Below, piece by piece: positions 11,001 through 20,090 of a DNA stretch of 63,810 bases (position 1 is its first letter; each line of letters begins with the position of its first letter). Source of the stretch: Amphiscolops sp. MND2022. Taxonomy: Eukaryota. The DNA is taken from positions 7,442,191 to 7,506,000 of the forward strand of contig OZ076409.1 in assembly GCA_964187785.1 (NCBI GenBank), read 5' to 3'. The notes under the pieces are model-generated. The model was not told where the DNA came from, did not search any database, and was given only the letters and a program-made list of their open reading frames with translations. The translations under genes were made by a program, and so were the position numbers.

Positions 11001-13210
11001 CATTCAAATCTGTAACCCCTTTTCAGACCAAGTTTAAGACACCTACAAAAAAGAACAACAAAACCCTTCATCAACAATCTCTCTTACTTAATGATACTGA
11101 CGTTACAAGCGATGACGAAGATCATATTTACACAAGAATTCCAAAATCTAACTCTTCTTTCTCACAAGATACTACATTACAAACAGAAAATTATTCTACT
11201 CTTAAACAACAAAGTCACAACACATCACAGAAATCAATTTCTGCAATAAATGTACAACCAAATTTCCCATCACTCACACACTGTCAACAAATTATACCCT
11301 TTTATGATACATCATTTTTTAAGTATAAAAACTACTTTCAAGGTTTCTTCCTCCCCGATGATTACTCATTAGACATAAAAACTCTTCAACAACAACAATC
11401 TCAAGATCCGGTTCTCAGAACTGTTTATTCTTGGTTATTGAACAATGAAAAACCCGAATTTGTAACACCTCTTATCACTGGTACTCCATTTCTACATGTA
11501 TATTACAAAAGATTTTCACAACTTTTCATCGATGAATCGACTAATCTTATTAGTCTGTACATTACAAACTCCACTGTTAATAACCAATCCTATACTCCAA
11601 ATTTTGTACAAGATACTATTCGCATATGCCTACCTTTTAGACTATTTAAAACTGTCTTTAACAAACTTCACGAACATTCTCACACTGGTATGAAAATCAC
11701 CTACAATACATTCAAACAATATTACTATATTCCATTCCTTGAAAAATGGCTTTCCATCTTCATACATGACTGTATTGAATGTCAACGTAATAAACACTTC
11801 AATATGAAAGTTCAAACTGCTCCTACACAATCATTTTCAGAACATGCTCCATCCTTCAACTATAGAATCTCCATGGACACTAAAGGACCTATTAATCCTC
11901 CTTCTCACAACAAATCCTATATACACGTAATAATTGACGCTTTTAGTCACTTTGTTGTTACAGTACCCATAAAATCAAACAACGCAAAGACTGCTATCAA
12001 AACTCTTCTACACCATTGGATTATTAAATTTGGACCACCCATATACCTTGTCACTGATCGTGGATCAGAATATGTTAACAAAGAAATGGCACACCTTTGT
12101 ACACTTATGGGAATCCGCCATTCTCCTAGAACAGCTTATTCTCCTTGGACAAATGGTCTTGTTGAAGTACAAAACAGAAATCTTGGTACTCATCTTCGAA
12201 TGTTTCTACATGACACACCTAAAGACTGGGCATTTCAAGTCCATATGTACGCTTATGCACATAATTCACAACCACTTTCAGAACTCAATGTTTCACCTCA
12301 TGAAATTGTTTTCCATACTAGACCCAGAATACCCCTCACATTTGATTTAAACCTTAATCGAGATACTTCCAAAACATGTATTTCACGTTATTGCTCTCAG
12401 CTCCCTGAACACTCTCACTATGACAAATCAGACTTAAACCCATTCTTCTATAAAACACTTTCAAAACCTATTCCCCAATGGTTTCTCGCTGTAGAAACTG
12501 CTATGTTACAAATTTACTCCACAGTCTACGAAAACACTCTACGAAAAATTAACTCACACGCATATATTACAAAAACTTACCACGAAGGTAAACCCCTTCC
12601 CATTGGTACCTTTGTTTTAAAACGCAATTTTACACATGTTCACTTCTCGGACAAACTCAAACCTCTTCGTATTGGACCATATAAAATTCTTGACAGACTA
12701 TCAGACGTTACCTATGCATTACTTGCACAAGATGGTTCTATAGTACATGTTCATAGAAATCATTTAATCCCATATTACCCTAAAGAACCACTCTTATATC
12801 CACATTTGCGTAATTTTATGCGCTTTTCAGACACCACTCAAAACCAAATACCACAAATTACTAGATATGCAAACAGTGATTCTTCCCCATTTAACTCAGA
12901 TGAATCTTTGTCTGAAGAAGATTCTCAAACATTTATGACACCACCATCATGTAGTACATCCAATCAAAATACACCATCTATAACATCCAATGACAAGTCT
13001 TTACCTTCCTCAACCAATGACAACTCCTTATATAAACATATAATTAATACCCCTCACACTAATGTCCCTAGTGACAGATTGAGACACCCCTCTCACAACC
13101 AAACAACTTCACTTCCTCCTCTAATTGACAGAACCACAAAAACCACTTATAAACTGCGACAACAACCCAAATTAGATTATAGACTTTTTATTACACCTTC
13201 CCAAATATAA
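5015..13210 (+). CDS. gag-pol: Gag-Pol polyprotein (2731 aa, single frame)
   Basis: Capsid (PFDG...LTGTALSWY...FKKQF), zinc knuckle CSYCHRTNHSISAC, RS-rich tract, protease LDSGA, RT YIDD, RNase H (DAS, REL, TDH, ADMLSR), integrase HHCC plus D-D-E (MDTKGP, TDRGSEY, GLVE), GPY module. Confidence 0.95.
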   Translation: MLPTPFTVSNDKRQNRSLIQYVTPFLQNIIFQYTNPLPFETEPHILHTIPLIREHCDSYLYYIQYKTLDITPSQTPFQVIFNPVKGINSGTFYRTIHPQNITLSIQDVFRTYLQKLIEFNEHQDIPPYRPSHLQELKRLSEYFEVPDLDTKVQRHGNPHYWLQRDILQVKNFEYKFFTKITLTDDTIPQVKIFTHFLLKFFRFNYQLLWEQKDQNAYTNFPKALTDIELLPYIIDNKNKHLHYIDLTSLNATHFEQINLDHNFVLEHSETSDSRPYITSDTLHQPTLQTRTFDVEPPYIRQQSEQSEQESITQETLVHLFHNPDSPQEQSPQPPQSQISDTRQPNPSEIHTLPNTSELSDETVQNPQSFTITQDTNLIAIPTHNITQKTTNQNQDNPSNVITDNTSVLSQYNTNITQPSQTQILSPRNYDPPPIPPQFSAQINTHNSPQPSSSNTHSITQNQNTVHFQTPTPPTSSEIQTSTYTPAQTNPVQTTQPTLNINTIHSNPPSNYTTARHLSRPPLQPILTDPLSYNLTCTNPSHTQQSQINYNTHNQLNTLSSQHTSNTIPPTLQTSHFQISNPPSTTIRTNPHFHNTSTISSTNISHHPTYNTTPPSTISHNTMSHPTYINSSTSISEPIKPFDGLDHNYTPEEYLQHIEARVTFSLGLQPTSEHEYKFWHARRMAFIQCSLTGTALSWYIRLNDTYKHDWHAFVQAFKKQFSSQKNAYYAQVEALNLTKKDNETVRHFALKVQQLVEKGWCNENASTINLKCNEIFTKGLPKTLKDFANKRQVKHTSTVLEPSIPFHTLVKLVDAEDIANDKIRTHDLALEINNITKQLNTQTLDHSSQEQLMYTQPKDPNNKNKPAYKKYCSYCHRTNHSISACFKKQRDDQDKREAYARSKSPQKSFVQYFRSPSNDKTKHYDNPYRSRSTSRDNSYNQKYSQDRYRSTSRDRDRFRYDKSTTPPHYSRSRYDTYKRDSRSYRSPYRSSYRSPYRQNSRTRYRSRSYSRDDKFNKYTNSYRPPSRPRNSRFSRSRSHSNSRNKINIIQQQEQTDPIKFEVHMYHPTAMANAVTPTSWFYTLYVHTPSSIVQRDNPSRLEIAFLLDSGASISVLNYPTYITLTKLLDIRPNHTSDVGPTRNSKTLTVANQTEVPILHYANIILNTTIDENSRYFSVPFAVADIKYNILGTPFFEDNIQNINIQDFTLEFKYQSKTHPNYAKFTTLLSKDYPYFSYIYRINSKTQTRLKPKSSKIAHFPIKNYHNLHFTTTPQNHFFPSVPHTYFATKFRTTFNFIEVFTDDKPDICATIIQNTSKHIATLPTGHIGYIEFPITNERPKFFQVNDINTLIHNVTHTYHPDITEPLPQTNYIVQYDDPTTPPPQFSLHQIYMTNDYIPHQTSSLYNVQPTSHTSEKRIFPSLPYTSENLKFINKFNFQFSDLTDSEYITLCNMLLKYKTCYATHKNDVGKISTPFRIRLKPNAQLMTQRPSKVPIHYRDKLNALLKELEKYNIIKQIGSSPHDKPVYGTTYLNPLIIIPKGDTIKCVLDARHLNSNTEQSDESWPIEPLAPQLARANKKYKSAIDLMYAYAHTPLDEDTIKLTSFSSGDKLFAFIRGFYGLKGLPNFFTKQMSTFFKTLIEQGFALVYIDDILLLSDSKEHMFQLIEQLHIISTKNNLKLAPEKSFFMLLKVKFLGHEIGYNTIKPIHSKIAAIHKIPSPTGKVALMSFIGALNFYTKFIEKLHINLKPFYDLLHENTPWKWTDEHESLFQKLKMSLTSETELTIPNTKHPFFITVDASLIGLGAVLFQLNEQNKMKVISYNSRILSPQEQKLSTLDRELLGIVHALQIYEFLIIGSPHPIHIFTDHKPLLHCFTKKGNLSPRFYRAQMQLTKFSKLKIIHTPGKNLSVADMLSRSFTKAELQLNQLKHKHLPPQIDFALLQDNTLKPVHYLIKHEEILSHQKHDSHPILADYGTDQFSIRINDKGNDIIVKPLQSFSFKSVTPFQTKFKTPTKKNNKTLHQQSLLLNDTDVTSDDEDHIYTRIPKSNSSFSQDTTLQTENYSTLKQQSHNTSQKSISAINVQPNFPSLTHCQQIIPFYDTSFFKYKNYFQGFFLPDDYSLDIKTLQQQQSQDPVLRTVYSWLLNNEKPEFVTPLITGTPFLHVYYKRFSQLFIDESTNLISLYITNSTVNNQSYTPNFVQDTIRICLPFRLFKTVFNKLHEHSHTGMKITYNTFKQYYYIPFLEKWLSIFIHDCIECQRNKHFNMKVQTAPTQSFSEHAPSFNYRISMDTKGPINPPSHNKSYIHVIIDAFSHFVVTVPIKSNNAKTAIKTLLHHWIIKFGPPIYLVTDRGSEYVNKEMAHLCTLMGIRHSPRTAYSPWTNGLVEVQNRNLGTHLRMFLHDTPKDWAFQVHMYAYAHNSQPLSELNVSPHEIVFHTRPRIPLTFDLNLNRDTSKTCISRYCSQLPEHSHYDKSDLNPFFYKTLSKPIPQWFLAVETAMLQIYSTVYENTLRKINSHAYITKTYHEGKPLPIGTFVLKRNFTHVHFSDKLKPLRIGPYKILDRLSDVTYALLAQDGSIVHVHRNHLIPYYPKEPLLYPHLRNFMRFSDTTQNQIPQITRYANSDSSPFNSDESLSEEDSQTFMTPPSCSTSNQNTPSITSNDKSLPSSTNDNSLYKHIINTPHTNVPSDRLRHPSHNQTTSLPPLIDRTTKTTYKLRQQPKLDYRLFITPSQI

Positions 13211-13311
13211 TCTGGTCATTCTCTCTGTTGGCTTATTCAAACCTAGTCACTCTGGTTGACCGAATGTTGAATAGATGAAATAAAACCCATAACAAGTTAT
13301 CTTAAAGATAA

Positions 13312-14568
13312 CCTGTTGAAAACACTTCAACAATCCTGGATCCTCCCTCTGATATCTCTCCATCAGCTCCAAGTATTCCTTCTACACCTGAATCTTCAGT
13401 ATCAAACACCACAAACTCTAGTAATGTAACTCCTACTACTCCTTCTAAAAGACCCAGATCATACATCTCTGAAACCTCTTCTTCTTCACTTCTTCACAGA
13501 CCACCTATAACCGAAATCCCTATAAACACTCGTCCCCAACAAACTCCTATTAACACTCCTATTATACACATACCAAACCCTGAAAGTGTTGAACAATACG
13601 TAACATACAAACACCCTACAGCTATCAAAACTGTTAGACTCCAACCTCAACTTAATCTAGTACAAATTCCTGATACTGAATATACAAAACTACCTCCACT
13701 AAAATTACCTTCAGAACTTAGCACTACAGAACTTAGTTCTACTTCTTCAAAACTTTATCCACCATTAAAACCTCTTCGAAAACCCTCTACATCACTCTCA
13801 AATCTCTTAGACAATAATACTTCTGACTACGCTCCATCACAAGACACAAGCTCATTTTTTGTACCTAGACATAGATATAATCTCCGTGACCTTCCTTCAC
13901 GTAGACTTAGTACCGACACTTCCACACTCAATTTTTCCGCTCTTTCTAGCAATTCTGCATTACGACTTGTAAGACAACACGCTCAACCATTGTCCTCTGA
14001 CCCATCCTCTTCAGAACTTTTTCACTCTCCTTATTTTACTTCTGGTTTTGAAACCGCTTCATTACTCTCATCTAATCCACAAACTGCATTCCTATCAGGC
14101 GATCATTTTTCACAAGTAGTAATTCCTACTCCTGTTCCTGCACATATTAGACTACCTGAATATTATACTGCAGAACATTCTAGACCTCCAACCCCAAACT
14201 TTGCTGATTATCCACTTCGAGTCGATGGTATAACTATCTACGACCCACAAAACGATCCTCGATTTCCAATTCTTGCAGAACGTTTTATTAATAACAACGA
14301 TCTCTTATCTCATAAACGTAAAGAAACAGAACTAAAACGTCTTCAGACACCAAATTTAGAACTTAAATTTGAAGTCAAAGTCAAATTTCAAGGATTAAAT
14401 CCTCACCCAATATTTCACGTTTCTAAAATAGAACATAAAACTTCTCCTGCTCCTTTTGAAGTAGTACACATTGAATTTGAACGCGATCTTAATATACCCA
14501 CTATCACATATGGCAACATTGTCTTTTGTAACCCATACTCTGGTCTCAAATATAAGACATCCTTTTAA
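13312..14568 (+). CDS. ORF-X: ~418-codon stop-free frame without ATG, P/S/T-rich with a globular-looking C-terminus
   Basis: The frame of track ORF 13990-14568 stays open upstream to the TAA at 13309-13311; overlaps the env start. Confidence 0.55.
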   Translation, partial: PVENTSTILDPPSDISPSAPSIPSTPESSVSNTTNSSNVTPTTPSKRPRSYISETSSSSLLHRPPITEIPINTRPQQTPINTPIIHIPNPESVEQYVTYKHPTAIKTVRLQPQLNLVQIPDTEYTKLPPLKLPSELSTTELSSTSSKLYPPLKPLRKPSTSLSNLLDNNTSDYAPSQDTSSFFVPRHRYNLRDLPSRRLSTDTSTLNFSALSSNSALRLVRQHAQPLSSDPSSSELFHSPYFTSGFETASLLSSNPQTAFLSGDHFSQVVIPTPVPAHIRLPEYYTAEHSRPPTPNFADYPLRVDGITIYDPQNDPRFPILAERFINNNDLLSHKRKETELKRLQTPNLELKFEVKVKFQGLNPHPIFHVSKIEHKTSPAPFEVVHIEFERDLNIPTITYGNIVFCNPYSGLKYKTSF

Positions 14569-17215
14569 ATTCTACACAACCTTTTATATAACAATTATAA
14601 TTCTTTTACACTTCTTTAACTCTACCTTTTCAATAACTATAGTACACCCTGATACAGAAAACTATCTTCCATCGGATGATCCGAATATTACAAATCTCAT
14701 GGTTTCTCATTATGACTGTGCAAAACAACACAATCTCAGACAATTCAATCTACTTAATGTAAAACAATGCACTGAAGCTCCTTCTGACATTAAACATGCA
14801 AGTGTTAAAGCCCGTGTATATGTCCGCGCAAAAGCTAAACGTATCAAAGCTTTCAAATGTGTTGCTTATGCAAAGAAAGAAAGGAAAATATGCTTTCAAG
14901 GATCTGTCAAATATCGTCGTGTTGATCGAACTGTATGGAACCATAATACATTACCGCTTCCTGTTACTCTTGATCCACTAGAATGTAAAAACATTATCAG
15001 ACATTTAAATGGTACAAATGATAAAATATTGAACAACCTTAACTACAACAAAACATTTACACTCTTAGAAGATCATTATTTTCAAGAACGTTTAGAACAA
15101 TATCAAACTCCTTTCACTGTATATCAATTGAACAAAATGTATACAGGTACATTTACATTTATGCCTGCTGACAAAAACTGGATATATGACCCTACAAAAA
15201 ACCCTTATCATAACTGTCCTGCTCACCATCAATTCGAAGTCAACTTAGTTAGTTGGCGACTAGAAATTTCTGAAATAGAACTTACCTATGATGACACATC
15301 AAATGACATGATCATTGATGGACATACATTACCCTGCTATTTTGCAGATGGCTTTTGTAAACCCACTACCAAAACTCCTTTTACTCTTGTTTGGTTTAAT
15401 GACGATTATTGTCTGATTTTTACCCTACAAGACTTTATTGGACGTATGACTAAAATCGAAGATCGATATTGGATTGAAACAGACTCTTTTGTACATTCTC
15501 CACATTCAGTAAAATCTCAAACTGCTTCTGGCATAAAAGGTACAAAACACCCTTATGTTCATGCTCCTCATACACAACATCCAAATAACCCAAGTCTTTC
15601 AAGATTTGAAGTTTTCCCTACAGCACAAACCTTTTGTGGTAAACCAGACCCTCTCTATTCTACACAATACTCCGATCTTTTTGTTACATACACTGATGGT
15701 TTTAATATGCATACAGGACAACCTAATCCTCATTCCATAATTGATGAGTATATCTCTGGTAAAATCGTATTGGACACTTCAAATAACAAATTTGTATTCC
15801 CTGCATTAAATGTATCAAACAATTTCGCTACCATTGATTATGATGCACATATCAACACCAAAATTGACTATACTATTAATCATGTTTTCCGATCAATGAC
15901 AGTACAAGAACTAAATACTCTTCATACCATATGTGAACTAGAACGAAATCAACTCCTTACAATACTTGCAATGTCAGTACAAAATCCTCAACTTGCTGGT
16001 TTCCTTTTAACTGGTAATAGAAGTAACTTCTTATACGTTGAAGGCTCAACCGCCTGGCTTTATGACTGTCCTCATTTTTTATCTCCTTTATATAAGGCAG
16101 ATAGATGTTTTGACCGAATACCCATACATTTTAAAGATACCTTAATGTACGTTGATCCTATTACAAGACAAACTTATGACTATGCTACACCAATTACATG
16201 CGATAATAATCCACGTAACATTATTGAACTAGACCCTGATTCAGATGATCAAGACTTCTACATTCTTGGACCTGAACCTATCAAACGTAAACCTCCACTA
16301 ATGTTTACACCTTCACAAATCAAAACTACAATACGCCCTAATACTTTTACAGCCCAAGATGCTGGTATATATTCAAATGCAGAACTTGATCAATTTTGGA
16401 ACCGTATTTTATTTTCTAAACACTCTGATTCTACACTTCAATTACTAGGTAAAGCTCTTAGTTATTCATTCATTTCATCTAATACTCCAAACTACGATGC
16501 AGATTCCCCTCAAACTTCTGGTAATCCTTACAATACATTACGAATAGGACTACATGATAAACTCTTGAACTTAACTCCTCTTTTTACACCTACATGGTTC
16601 TCTGATGCTTTTATTGCACTTTTTGGATACCCTTGTTACATTCTTACACAATGTGGCATATACTTTTCTACATTTCTTTTTGTACAAGCTACTCTCACAC
16701 TTATTGTTAAACTTTACAAAACAATATCAATTAAATATAATCTTAAAAATAATATTACTTTATTTAGTTCTATTGCACATGGTTTTTTTAATGTTCTTAC
16801 AGCACGAATGGTCAGTGACCTACATGAGGCTCAAAACAAAAAACCCAAAAGTACACTTTCCAAATCCAAATCTTTAGATAACTTTATTGACACTTCTCCA
16901 AATTTAATTAACCATTCTACAGATGTTACTTCCCCTCCACCTTTTTATACTAAACGATCTAACAAAATTCAATTTCCTAAATTTAACTTCTTTCCGAAAC
17001 GACACCACAATTCTCACCATAAAACGACTCCACTTCCTTTCTCTTCTGTTCAACATCCCCCACTTCCTAATTATACTCATAAAAACTTTCACCCAAATGA
17101 CAATCTAACTACTCAACATGACACTTTAATTAACAATTCTGTCACTTCTACTACGGATACACCAATTAAAATTTATTCACGAATAAACTATCCTTTCCCT
17201 CCGCCATCTTCTTGA
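14510..17215 (+). CDS. env: Env glycoprotein, chuvirus-G / gB-type class III fusogen-like (901 aa from first ATG)
   Basis: Signal-like FYITIIILLHFFNSTFS; YDC...LLNVKQC; CELERNQLLTILAMSVQNP; EGSTAWLYDC...CFDRIPI...VDPITR...PITC; N-glycosylation sequons; C-terminal TM and cytoplasmic tail. Confidence 0.8.
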   Translation: MATLSFVTHTLVSNIRHPFKFYTTFYITIIILLHFFNSTFSITIVHPDTENYLPSDDPNITNLMVSHYDCAKQHNLRQFNLLNVKQCTEAPSDIKHASVKARVYVRAKAKRIKAFKCVAYAKKERKICFQGSVKYRRVDRTVWNHNTLPLPVTLDPLECKNIIRHLNGTNDKILNNLNYNKTFTLLEDHYFQERLEQYQTPFTVYQLNKMYTGTFTFMPADKNWIYDPTKNPYHNCPAHHQFEVNLVSWRLEISEIELTYDDTSNDMIIDGHTLPCYFADGFCKPTTKTPFTLVWFNDDYCLIFTLQDFIGRMTKIEDRYWIETDSFVHSPHSVKSQTASGIKGTKHPYVHAPHTQHPNNPSLSRFEVFPTAQTFCGKPDPLYSTQYSDLFVTYTDGFNMHTGQPNPHSIIDEYISGKIVLDTSNNKFVFPALNVSNNFATIDYDAHINTKIDYTINHVFRSMTVQELNTLHTICELERNQLLTILAMSVQNPQLAGFLLTGNRSNFLYVEGSTAWLYDCPHFLSPLYKADRCFDRIPIHFKDTLMYVDPITRQTYDYATPITCDNNPRNIIELDPDSDDQDFYILGPEPIKRKPPLMFTPSQIKTTIRPNTFTAQDAGIYSNAELDQFWNRILFSKHSDSTLQLLGKALSYSFISSNTPNYDADSPQTSGNPYNTLRIGLHDKLLNLTPLFTPTWFSDAFIALFGYPCYILTQCGIYFSTFLFVQATLTLIVKLYKTISIKYNLKNNITLFSSIAHGFFNVLTARMVSDLHEAQNKKPKSTLSKSKSLDNFIDTSPNLINHSTDVTSPPPFYTKRSNKIQFPKFNFFPKRHHNSHHKTTPLPFSSVQHPPLPNYTHKNFHPNDNLTTQHDTLINNSVTSTTDTPIKIYSRINYPFPPPSS

Positions 17216-17464
17216 ACTCTCTCTCAGTTCTTTTGTAACTCTCTTCCAGAACGCTCGCCTGCTATCTCTTCACAATTGCTACTCCTTCACCACTTGAAAC
17301 TCTTGCCGAAATTCATCTTCCTCAATCTAATAACACTTCTCTCATCATCACCATCTTCAAAAACTCTTCAACTAAAGTTGACAAATCCACTCGTTAGTGT
17401 AATTTATAGTACTTTAACTTTAAAGTGCTAAGGCCTCTTGAAATAGATAACACTGTGACTGTTG

Positions 17465-18808
17465 ATGCTTTCTCAAATAATGACACAAGCACAAATTGAC
17501 CTACAAACACAGCTTGAACAAGCAACTCCAACAGATCTTATCACAAGACCTCTTCCTAATGATTCTCCTGTTCTCTATATTGATACTTCTGAAAAAACAC
17601 CTCCAACTTTTCTTGAACCAATGGAACACACAAAAGTTGACAATGAAAATCCAAAACCTACTCCTCCACAAGATGATACTGATCATACACAATCGACACC
17701 TCCTCCTCCAAAAAAGCGATATGAAATAATGAAAGATCCAATCTTTCTTTCCTCACCAATATATCCTCCTTCAATACCTTCAAAAATTTCACTTTGCACA
17801 AATCGCGATGATCATTTGATCTCAATTCTTTCCACTGACGATTTCGTCTTCAAAGCACAACTAACTTCTCTATATATGCATCCTACTGACTACTCATTTC
17901 GCTTATATGACAAAAATCAAGACTTCTTCACATCCATTGCTTCCAAAATCATGGGTCCCTACCAATATTGGCTCGAGAATGGAGTTAAAATTTTCTCTCT
18001 CCAATTCAATTTTCTTAGACCTTCTATCTACGATCTCAAAACGGATGAATCTGATCCATCCTTTCTCTCTATAGCACAAAAAGCTTCTCATCATCAGACA
18101 TATACTAAATTTCTACAATACACGAAACCACAAAATTACATTTTTGTCAATTACAAATATACATCACCGTTCACAATGACAAATATGTACACTCTCGATC
18201 ACTCCTGTATAACAGGCTACCTCCGGAACTATGACCCTATAAAGCAATACTTCTGTTTGCTTCCATATAACAATACTTCACGTCCACTTATTGTACCTCA
18301 AGAATATCTCATACACTATGATGATTTTTTGTTGCCTTGCAACATCCCTACTCAAATTGCAAAACCTCTTACTGTTATTAAACACCTCGTTTCTTCTCCA
18401 CTTGACGATAAAGATAGAACATACTATACAGCACTCTACAAACAAACGTATTCCTACAATGAACTTCTCTTTATATCTGCCAAAACTATCTCTTTCATGG
18501 TACAAGCTGAACAAAAAACTGAACATAAATCACACACTTCACCCATCAAAAACACCCATGACAAACTTTCCTCTGTATTAAACAATCGCACACTTCGAGA
18601 CATGACAAATTTACTGGAACCCTACAAACGAAACTCCTCTGAAACACCTATCACAACACTCACACATATACTACACTGCTATGACAGAACACACAAACTC
18701 CTTCAGACACTCGATTTAGATTCTCAACGCATCACTCAATCATCCCAAGCAATTCAATCTGCTTTGGAAACTATAACTACTCTTTTTAATTCAACTAATC
18801 TTCATTAA
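17465..18808 (+). CDS. Accessory ORF4, 447 aa, unknown function
   Basis: Intact long ORF inside the element; PPPPKKR NLS-like motif; helical C-terminus. Confidence 0.7.
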   Translation: MLSQIMTQAQIDLQTQLEQATPTDLITRPLPNDSPVLYIDTSEKTPPTFLEPMEHTKVDNENPKPTPPQDDTDHTQSTPPPPKKRYEIMKDPIFLSSPIYPPSIPSKISLCTNRDDHLISILSTDDFVFKAQLTSLYMHPTDYSFRLYDKNQDFFTSIASKIMGPYQYWLENGVKIFSLQFNFLRPSIYDLKTDESDPSFLSIAQKASHHQTYTKFLQYTKPQNYIFVNYKYTSPFTMTNMYTLDHSCITGYLRNYDPIKQYFCLLPYNNTSRPLIVPQEYLIHYDDFLLPCNIPTQIAKPLTVIKHLVSSPLDDKDRTYYTALYKQTYSYNELLFISAKTISFMVQAEQKTEHKSHTSPIKNTHDKLSSVLNNRTLRDMTNLLEPYKRNSSETPITTLTHILHCYDRTHKLLQTLDLDSQRITQSSQAIQSALETITTLFNSTNLH

Positions 18809-19223
18809 ACTTCTCTACAGGTAATATAAAGTTTTAAATTTTCTTCTCTGGTACATCCTGTGGTACATTTATGGCACATTTTCCAAGGTATTTTCATTTT
18901 TATTTAACGAAAATCCTTACTTTTGAATGAAATCTCCTTATTTCTGAATGAAATCTCAGGACTGTTTTAAAGTACGCTAATTTTTCCTACAGTACATGTC
19001 AAAATCTAACTAATTTTTACTCAGAACACTACAATACAAGACATACAAGACAATATCACATAACATTATAGCACCCAATTTTGTTGTACATCTTTGACTT
19101 GATATTGTCATTCTTCTTACACTTCCTTTGTTTTAGAAACATCCATTCTTCCTTCTCCTTCCTCCAAATTCTTTCAGAACATCCCAACTTCTCCTTCTTT
19201 GTATTCCTTCAACTCTCGTCAAA

Positions 19224-19676
19224 ATGGCCCCGAATGCTGAAACAAATGACATTCTCACAATGACTTCTGAATTTTCAAAAGTACATAGTCTTAAAGCCGC
19301 CATCTTTCATACCATGGCCTTCAAACTCTCGCTTGAAATTCACAAAAACAAAATTACCCCAAAATGCCTAATCGCTTTCCTAAAGGTACTATACAACGTC
19401 ACCCAAATAAAGAAGAAAAAAATCACTTTCGAACAATATTCCCGAATCCATCTACAAGGACCTAAAATTGCCATTTGTGGAACGGCATCTAATGTTGTTT
19501 TTGTCCTCAATTCGTCTTTCACGTCAAAAGATCAATACTTTCGTGCTGCTATTCAAGAAGCTACAGATGCTTTTAATAACATGTTACAAGATTTCGGGTA
19601 TACGCAACAACTCGAACTTTATGACCCGATACAACATCAACCTCATCCTCCAACGCAAAATTCTCTCTTTCAATAA
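19224..19676 (+). CDS. Accessory ORF5, 150 aa, unknown function
   Basis: Strong Kozak context AAAATGG; protein-like composition. Confidence 0.6.
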   Translation: MAPNAETNDILTMTSEFSKVHSLKAAIFHTMAFKLSLEIHKNKITPKCLIAFLKVLYNVTQIKKKKITFEQYSRIHLQGPKIAICGTASNVVFVLNSSFTSKDQYFRAAIQEATDAFNNMLQDFGYTQQLELYDPIQHQPHPPTQNSLFQ

Positions 19677-19914
19677 TCTCTAACACAAATTCTACTTACT
19701 TCTTCTTCACTCTTTGACTACATTTCGTCTCCCAACTCTTCATCTTCTTTCGATGATGCTTCGAAATGTGGTTGATGCTCACTTCCAAGAACTCCTACAC
19801 ATGCTGAAACTCTTCACTTCTTCACCCACCACGATGGTCAACAACATCCATCTCTATTTTGGGTTCATCGACGTTGCCAAACACTTGTCCTTGTCAACTG
19901 GTCTTCTTCACACC

Positions 19915-20090
19915 TTCACTGCTGACTTTGTGAACTGGTCGTCTTCGCACTTCAACTGCTGACTTTGTGAACTGCTCTTCTTCACATCTCAACTGCTGAC
20001 TTTGTGAACTGGTCTTCTTACTTCAATGGCCGATACAAATTTCAAACTGAACTGTATAATCAAATTTTAAACTGAACTGTATAATCACTT
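19915..20090. repeat. Short tandem duplications in the element 1 3' region
   Basis: ACTGCTGACTTTGTGAACTG x3 (period ~37) and AAACTGAACTGTATAATCA x2. Confidence 0.8.

Noticed and set aside
5334..18581. Many 60-160-aa alternative-frame and antisense ORFs overlapping element 1 genes
   Set aside because: Shadows of biased codon usage, often with TTG/GTG starts that are irrelevant in a eukaryote.
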